Assembly: GCA_965199855.1 (NCBI GenBank)
Contig: OZ241326.1
Coordinates: 800,001-864,000 of the forward strand
Length of the DNA: 64,000 bases
Source of the DNA: a bacterium
GTDB lineage: Bacteria > UBA8248
Direction: 5' to 3'
Shown: one piece after another, positions 59,357 to 64,000 of the stretch
Layout of the letters: each line of letters starts with the position of its first letter
Numbering within the stretch: position 1 is the first letter of the stretch
Position numbers and translations under genes: made by a program
The notes under the pieces: generated by a model
What the model was told of the DNA's origin: nothing
Databases searched by the model: none
What the model saw: the letters and a program-made list of their open reading frames with translations, nothing else

Positions 59357-60663
59357 GCGCGCCCGGGGCCGCCCAGGCACAGACAGGCGTTCTGCCCCCC
59401 GAAGCCGAAACTGTTGGAGAGCGCCACGCGATGGGCCCGCCTCCTGGTCTCGTTCGGCACGTAGTCCAGGTCGCACTTCGGGTCGCGGTGCTGGTAGTTG
59501 ATGGTGGGCAGAATTTCCGAGCGGCGCATTCCCTCTAGAGTCAGAATCGCCTCGATGGCCCCGGCCGCGCCGATTGTGTGGCCGATCATGGACTTGTTGG
59601 AGCTGATCGGCAGCTTCTCCGCGCGGGCGCCGAACACCTCCTTGACGGCCCTGGTCTCCGTCACGTCGTTCTTGGGCGTCGAGGTGCCGTGCGCGTTGAC
59701 GTATTCGACGCTCCCGGGCGAAACGCCCGCGTCCGCGAGCGCCCTTTTCATGGCGAATATCGCGCCCAGGCCCTTCGGGTGCATGTCGGTGATGCGAAAG
59801 GCGTCGGCGGAATCGCCGTAGCCGAGCACTTCGCCCAGAATCTCCGCGCCGCGCGCGCGCGCGTGGTCGCGGCCCTCGAGAATCATCGCGCCCGCGCCCT
59901 CGGACATCACGAAGCCGTTTCGACGCCTGTCGAAGGGGCGGGACGCCGTTTGCGGGGTTTCGTATTTCTCGGCCAGCGCGGTGAGGAGAACGAAGCCGAG
60001 AAACCCGACGTAGGTGATGGCCGCCTCGCAGCCGCCCGCCACCATGACGTCCGCTTTTCCGTCCCGGATGAGGCGCGCCGACTCGCCAATCGCCTGCGCC
60101 CCCGCCGCGCAGGCCGAGCAGATGGAGGCCGTCGGTCCCCGGCAGTCGAAATCCAGGGCGACGACGGAGGTCGCCACGTCCGCTTTTCGTCTGAAAAAAG
60201 TCATCAGGTCATACGCGCCGCGGGAGCGGAGCGCCTTGACGTCCCATCCGCCCCGCATGGGATCGCCGTTTTCGGGCTTCCAGTAGGGGAAGATGCGCAG
60301 GAGTTCCTCAATCTGGGGGTGATCGCCGTGGGAGCCGAGCGCGACGCCGACCCGCCTTCGATCCGAGACCTCGTCCAGGCGCGCCGCCTTCGCCGCCTGG
60401 GAGACGGCCGCGCGCATCATGCGCGCGCCGCGCGTCGAGAACTTGTCGAGCCTGCGCCCGCCGCCGTCCTCGCGGGATTCGAGCCACGCATCCTCGATTT
60501 CGCCGGCGATCCGGCAGGGAAGGCCCTCGGGGGAGAAGCGGCTGATCTCGTCGATTCCCGAGCGCCCCTCGCGCATGGCCTCGAAGGTGGAGGCGACGTC
60601 CCCGCCCAAGGGCGTCATCGCCCCGTATCCGGTGACCACGACCCGTCTGCCGCGAGCGGCCAT
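59353..60663 (-). CDS. Beta-ketoacyl-ACP synthase II-like (catalytic triad intact)
   Basis: CSACAAG, RPFDRRRNGFVMSEG, NAHGTST, KSMIGH, NSFGFGG. Confidence 0.93.
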   Translation of the reverse strand: MAARGRRVVVTGYGAMTPLGGDVASTFEAMREGRSGIDEISRFSPEGLPCRIAGEIEDAWLESREDGGGRRLDKFSTRGARMMRAAVSQAAKAARLDEVSDRRRVGVALGSHGDHPQIEELLRIFPYWKPENGDPMRGGWDVKALRSRGAYDLMTFFRRKADVATSVVALDFDCRGPTASICSACAAGAQAIGESARLIRDGKADVMVAGGCEAAITYVGFLGFVLLTALAEKYETPQTASRPFDRRRNGFVMSEGAGAMILEGRDHARARGAEILGEVLGYGDSADAFRITDMHPKGLGAIFAMKRALADAGVSPGSVEYVNAHGTSTPKNDVTETRAVKEVFGARAEKLPISSNKSMIGHTIGAAGAIEAILTLEGMRRSEILPTINYQHRDPKCDLDYVPNETRRRAHRVALSNSFGFGGQNACLCLGGPGRA

Positions 60664-60707
60664 TCGCGCGCGCTCCAGGAAAGATGGGTGAGGCGAGGCG
60701 GGCGGCG

Positions 60708-61271
60708 TCAGGAGGAGAAGAGGCCCCTCTCCTCCTGCACCCCGTTCAGCCAGTTCTGAACCACCTCGTCCCCGCTGGGCAGAGAGGCGGGCGCGCCCGT
60801 CCCGGCGCAGACGATGCGCGTTCCCTCCTCGGTCTTCCAGTCCGCTCCGGCCGGGCTCTTCTCCGGCAGGCAGTTCAGCACGTCGCGCACCGCGCCGGCC
60901 AGCGTTTGGGGGGTGACGAGGGCGGGCAGCTCATCCACGGGGGTTCCTGGCTCCAGCGCCCCGGCCGCCTCGTTCAGGCGCAGCTTCAGCACCTCGACCC
61001 CCTTTTCCGTCACCTCGCTCTCCTCGTTGATGGCCACGCCCTCGCCGAACATCTCCTCCACGTGCTCGAGGACGAAATTGCGCGCCATCTTGATGCCGAA
61101 CACCTGTTCGAGGCGAAAGTTGATGTCCAGGAAATCGAGCGAGAGCACGCCCAGGTCGTCCACCAGTGAGCTGTCCGGCTCGATGGTCTCCTTCTCGATC
61201 CCCGTGGTGTGGGCGATCGCCTTCTTCACCTCTTCCAGAATCGCGTCGTCCGGGATCAGGTTTTGCGGCAT
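60708..61271 (-). CDS. Extended acyl carrier protein (187 aa)
   Basis: AGGAG RBS; LVDDLGVLSLDFLDINFRLEQVFGI, followed by about 110 extra residues. Confidence 0.85.
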   Translation of the reverse strand: MPQNLIPDDAILEEVKKAIAHTTGIEKETIEPDSSLVDDLGVLSLDFLDINFRLEQVFGIKMARNFVLEHVEEMFGEGVAINEESEVTEKGVEVLKLRLNEAAGALEPGTPVDELPALVTPQTLAGAVRDVLNCLPEKSPAGADWKTEEGTRIVCAGTGAPASLPSGDEVVQNWLNGVQEERGLFSS

Positions 61272-61395
61272 GATTCTCCTCTGGCCGGCAAGCGCGCGGC
61301 CTTCTCGCTTCCATGGGGATGGGCGCGCGGAAATCCTCGGTTCTCGGGGCATATACAAGCAAAGAGGAGCGTGAAAATCAATCGGCTCCGAAAAA

Positions 61396-62175
61396 TCACC
61401 CGCGCGGGCGGTTCAGCCGGTTGCCGAGCCCCCTGTCCACCACGAGCGTCTGGCCGCGTATGGAGGCGGCGCCCGCGCCGGCGAGAAAGCAGACGGACTC
61501 GGCCACTTCCTCGGGCGCGACGAAAAAGCGCTCGGGCAGCTCCTCCAGCTCCGGCTGAATCATCCGCAGCGTCTTGAACGAGTCGGTCTTCACGAGACCC
61601 GCGCAGACGGCGTTGACCGATACGCCCCGCTCGCCGAAGCTCTCCGCCCAATGCCTCACCGCCGCCTCCATGGCCGCCTTCATCGGCCCCAGGGGATACT
61701 CGGGGTGGTGGAAGCGGCCGCCCAGGCTGGAGAGGAACACGACGGCGCCCCCCCGGCGCGAGAGCAGCGGAAGCGCCGACTGCATGCAGAACACGTTGCC
61801 CAGGAAATTCGTCTCGACCAGGAGCCTGAGGTCGCGCTCCAGAAGCTTCTCCCAGGGCTTGAAGGGGGCGCGCGCCGCGTTCAGGATCAGGACGTCGAGC
61901 CGCCCGAATTCCTCCTCCACCCGCGCGAACATCTCCCTTACGGCGTCTTTTTTGGAAATATCGGCGGCGACGGCGAGGGCGCGGCCGCCGGCGGCCTCGA
62001 CCTCCCGGCAAAGCGCGTCCGCCATCCGCGCCGATCTGCCCCGCCCTTCCCGATGGTTCAGCACCAGACGCGCGCCCTCGCGCGCGAAGCGCCTCGCAAT
62101 GGCGGCGCCGATGCCGCGCGAGCCGCCCGTTACGAGAACCACCCTGTCCTTCATCCCAGGCTCCGCCGCGTCCAT
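61396..62175 (-). CDS. FabL-like enoyl-ACP reductase (SDR)
   Basis: TGGSRGIG, ILNAA, SSLG...YPLGPMKAAME; heads the fatty-acid cluster. Confidence 0.75.
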   Translation of the reverse strand: MDAAEPGMKDRVVLVTGGSRGIGAAIARRFAREGARLVLNHREGRGRSARMADALCREVEAAGGRALAVAADISKKDAVREMFARVEEEFGRLDVLILNAARAPFKPWEKLLERDLRLLVETNFLGNVFCMQSALPLLSRRGGAVVFLSSLGGRFHHPEYPLGPMKAAMEAAVRHWAESFGERGVSVNAVCAGLVKTDSFKTLRMIQPELEELPERFFVAPEEVAESVCFLAGAGAASIRGQTLVVDRGLGNRLNRPRG

Positions 62176-62316
62176 CGCTCCTCCCCACGGCCGCGCGCCG
62201 CGAAAAGCGGAAAACCGCCTCCCGCCTCTCGAGGAAACGCGGACGGCATCTCTGAAAATTTATATCCCAGGGGCGCGCCCTCATCAAACCCCGCGAGGGA
62301 GGCCGGACGCCGGGGT

Positions 62317-62345
62317 TTGAATCCCCGCCCGCAACCTCATACAAT
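62317..62345 (+). promoter_or_regulatory. Sigma70-type promoter
   Basis: TTGAAT-17 bp-TACAAT upstream of the ATG at 62399. Confidence 0.6.
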
Positions 62346-62398
62346 GCGGGCGTCTGCTCTCTTACCCGCGCGTTGCGGCGCGGCCCGGGGGAAATCCT

Positions 62399-63286
62399 AT
62401 GGAATATCTGGACATCGAAAAGGCGCCGAACCTTCGGGAGCCCGCTCTCCTCATGGCCTTCGCGGGCTGGAACGACGCCAGCAACGCCGCCACGACGGCC
62501 GCGAGCTTCATCACCGAGAAAATGGGGGGGCTGGAATTCGCCCGAATCGACTCCGATCCGTTCTACAATTTTCAGGACATGCGGCCCCAGGTCAGCCTCG
62601 ACGAGGGCAACCGCCGGAAAATCACGTGGCCCACGAACGCCTTCTACGCCTGCGAGACGCCCGACCTCGAGCACGACGTGGTCGTGTTCCTGGGCGTGGA
62701 GCCTCATTTGCAGTGGGGCCGCTTCTCCAAAATCGTCCTCTCCATGGTGCGGGAATGCCGGGTTCGCATGGCCGTGACGGTAGGCGCCCTGCTGGCGGAC
62801 GTCTATCACCGGAGCAGGGTGCGGGTCACCGGCACCTCCACGAACCCGGAGCTGGCCGCGAGGCTCGGCCTCAGCCCCTCGCGCTACGAGGGTCCCACCG
62901 GCATCGTCGGCGTGCTGAACAACCTGTTCCGCGACGAGAGCCTGCCCGCCGTCAGCGTCTGGGCGAACGTGCCCCACTACGTGAACGTGTCGCCCAACCC
63001 GAAGGCGGCGCTCGCGCTGGTGGAGCGGCTCAGCGATCTCCTCTCCTATCCCCTCAACCTCTCGGAGCTCGAGGCGGGCGCGCATGAATTCGAGGAGAAG
63101 GTCGATGAGGCGCTCGAAAAGAACAAATCGGTGCAGGACTACGTGAACCAGCTCAGGATCAGGGACGAGGAACAGGACGACGAGGAAATCCGGCCGGGCG
63201 AACTCCCCTCGGGAGACGATCTGGCCAGGGAGCTGGAGCGCTTCCTCAGAAAACAGGGGAGCGGCGGCGCGCCCGAAAGCGACTAG
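62399..63286 (+). CDS. PAC2 (proteasome assembly chaperone) family protein
   Basis: AFAGWNDA, FQDMRP, GVEPHLQW, GALLADV, YEGPTGIVG, WANVPHY, PNPKA. Confidence 0.88.
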   Translation: MEYLDIEKAPNLREPALLMAFAGWNDASNAATTAASFITEKMGGLEFARIDSDPFYNFQDMRPQVSLDEGNRRKITWPTNAFYACETPDLEHDVVVFLGVEPHLQWGRFSKIVLSMVRECRVRMAVTVGALLADVYHRSRVRVTGTSTNPELAARLGLSPSRYEGPTGIVGVLNNLFRDESLPAVSVWANVPHYVNVSPNPKAALALVERLSDLLSYPLNLSELEAGAHEFEEKVDEALEKNKSVQDYVNQLRIRDEEQDDEEIRPGELPSGDDLARELERFLRKQGSGGAPESD

Positions 63287-63981
63287 CCGGACGATTCGCG
63301 CGGCGACCGCAAGCCGCGCGGCGGCGCGCCCGGATCCTTCGGGAAGCCCTCCGGGACGCTCCGGGCGGCGCGGAAGCGATTCGAGAGGAACTCCCTCACC
63401 AGCCGCCCGAGCATCGCCGCGTCCACGGGCTTCGGCAGGCAGTGCGCCGCGCCCAGGGACATGACGCGCTCGCGCGCGTCCCCGTCGGGGCGGCCGCCGA
63501 TGGCCAGGACGAGCGCGTCTCCTCCCCCCTCGCCGCGCCTGATCTGGCGGCACGCCTCGAAGCCGTCCACGCCCGGATGATTCAGATCGAGAATCACCAC
63601 GTCCGGCCGGAGCGCGGCGTAGAGGACGCCCGCGTGAAACCCGTCGCGCGCCACGCGGACGTCGCACCCCGGGCTGTCGCGCAGCAGCGCCTCCCGGAGG
63701 GAGGCGGCAAGGGCGGCGTCCTCGTTCAGGATGAGCGCCCGGGGAGGCCCCGCCCTCTCCGGAAAGGCGTGGGGAACGCCGCGCGACTCCAGAAAGGCGA
63801 GAAGCGCCTCCCTCTCCACCCGTCTGTGCCCCCCGGGCGTCCGGTAGGCGCGCAGTCAGCCCTTGTCTATCCAGTTCTGAATCGTCACGGGCGTGACGTC
63901 GCAGATTCTCGCCGCCTCGAAGGTGGTGAACACGCTTTTGCCGCGCAGCTTCTCGGCGCCGGACAATGGAGCCGCCCTCAT
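63283..63981 (-). pseudogene. Excisionase-type HTH plus receiver-domain regulator with an in-frame TGA at 63856-63858
   Basis: VFTTFEAARICDVTPVTIQNWIDKG*LRAYRTPGGHRRVE continues in frame into a REC domain (PDVVILDL...DGFE...CLPKP). Confidence 0.8.
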
Positions 63982-64000
63982 GTGGTCGAGACGCGAAGGA

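Overview
High-GC (roughly 65-70% by eye) bacterial chromosomal window. Housekeeping and metabolic genes include LysR-gltBD, metF, peroxiredoxin, Fe/Mn SOD, tRNA-Thr and tRNA-Lys, fumC, acnA, rsmE, purD, glgC and glgA, plus many MaoC/hotdog dehydratases. Accessory patches: (1) a phage-like lysis cassette and defence island at 1-8.4 kb (GH24 lysozyme, 3TM holin, SLATT-like gene, Vsr/REase/5mC-MTase, SDH protease); (2) a Fic gene; (3) a TdeIII/MjaII-type R-M pair beside tRNA-Lys; (4) a specialised type II fatty-acid/polyketide cluster ending in a lipid A-type acyltransferase at 52.4-62.2 kb. The standout is a compact minus-strand locus at 27.8-29.1 kb lying between REP clusters. It holds an HNH endonuclease gene, a stand-alone Cas7/RAMP-like gene, and directly downstream two non-coding arrays of 15 and 24 pentamers of the form GGY-NN. 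Each array ends in GGC-GA-GGAAG plus a hairpin. This looks like an RNA-guided system whose guide information sits in the variable dinucleotides. All family assignments are from motif recognition by eye; no searches were run.
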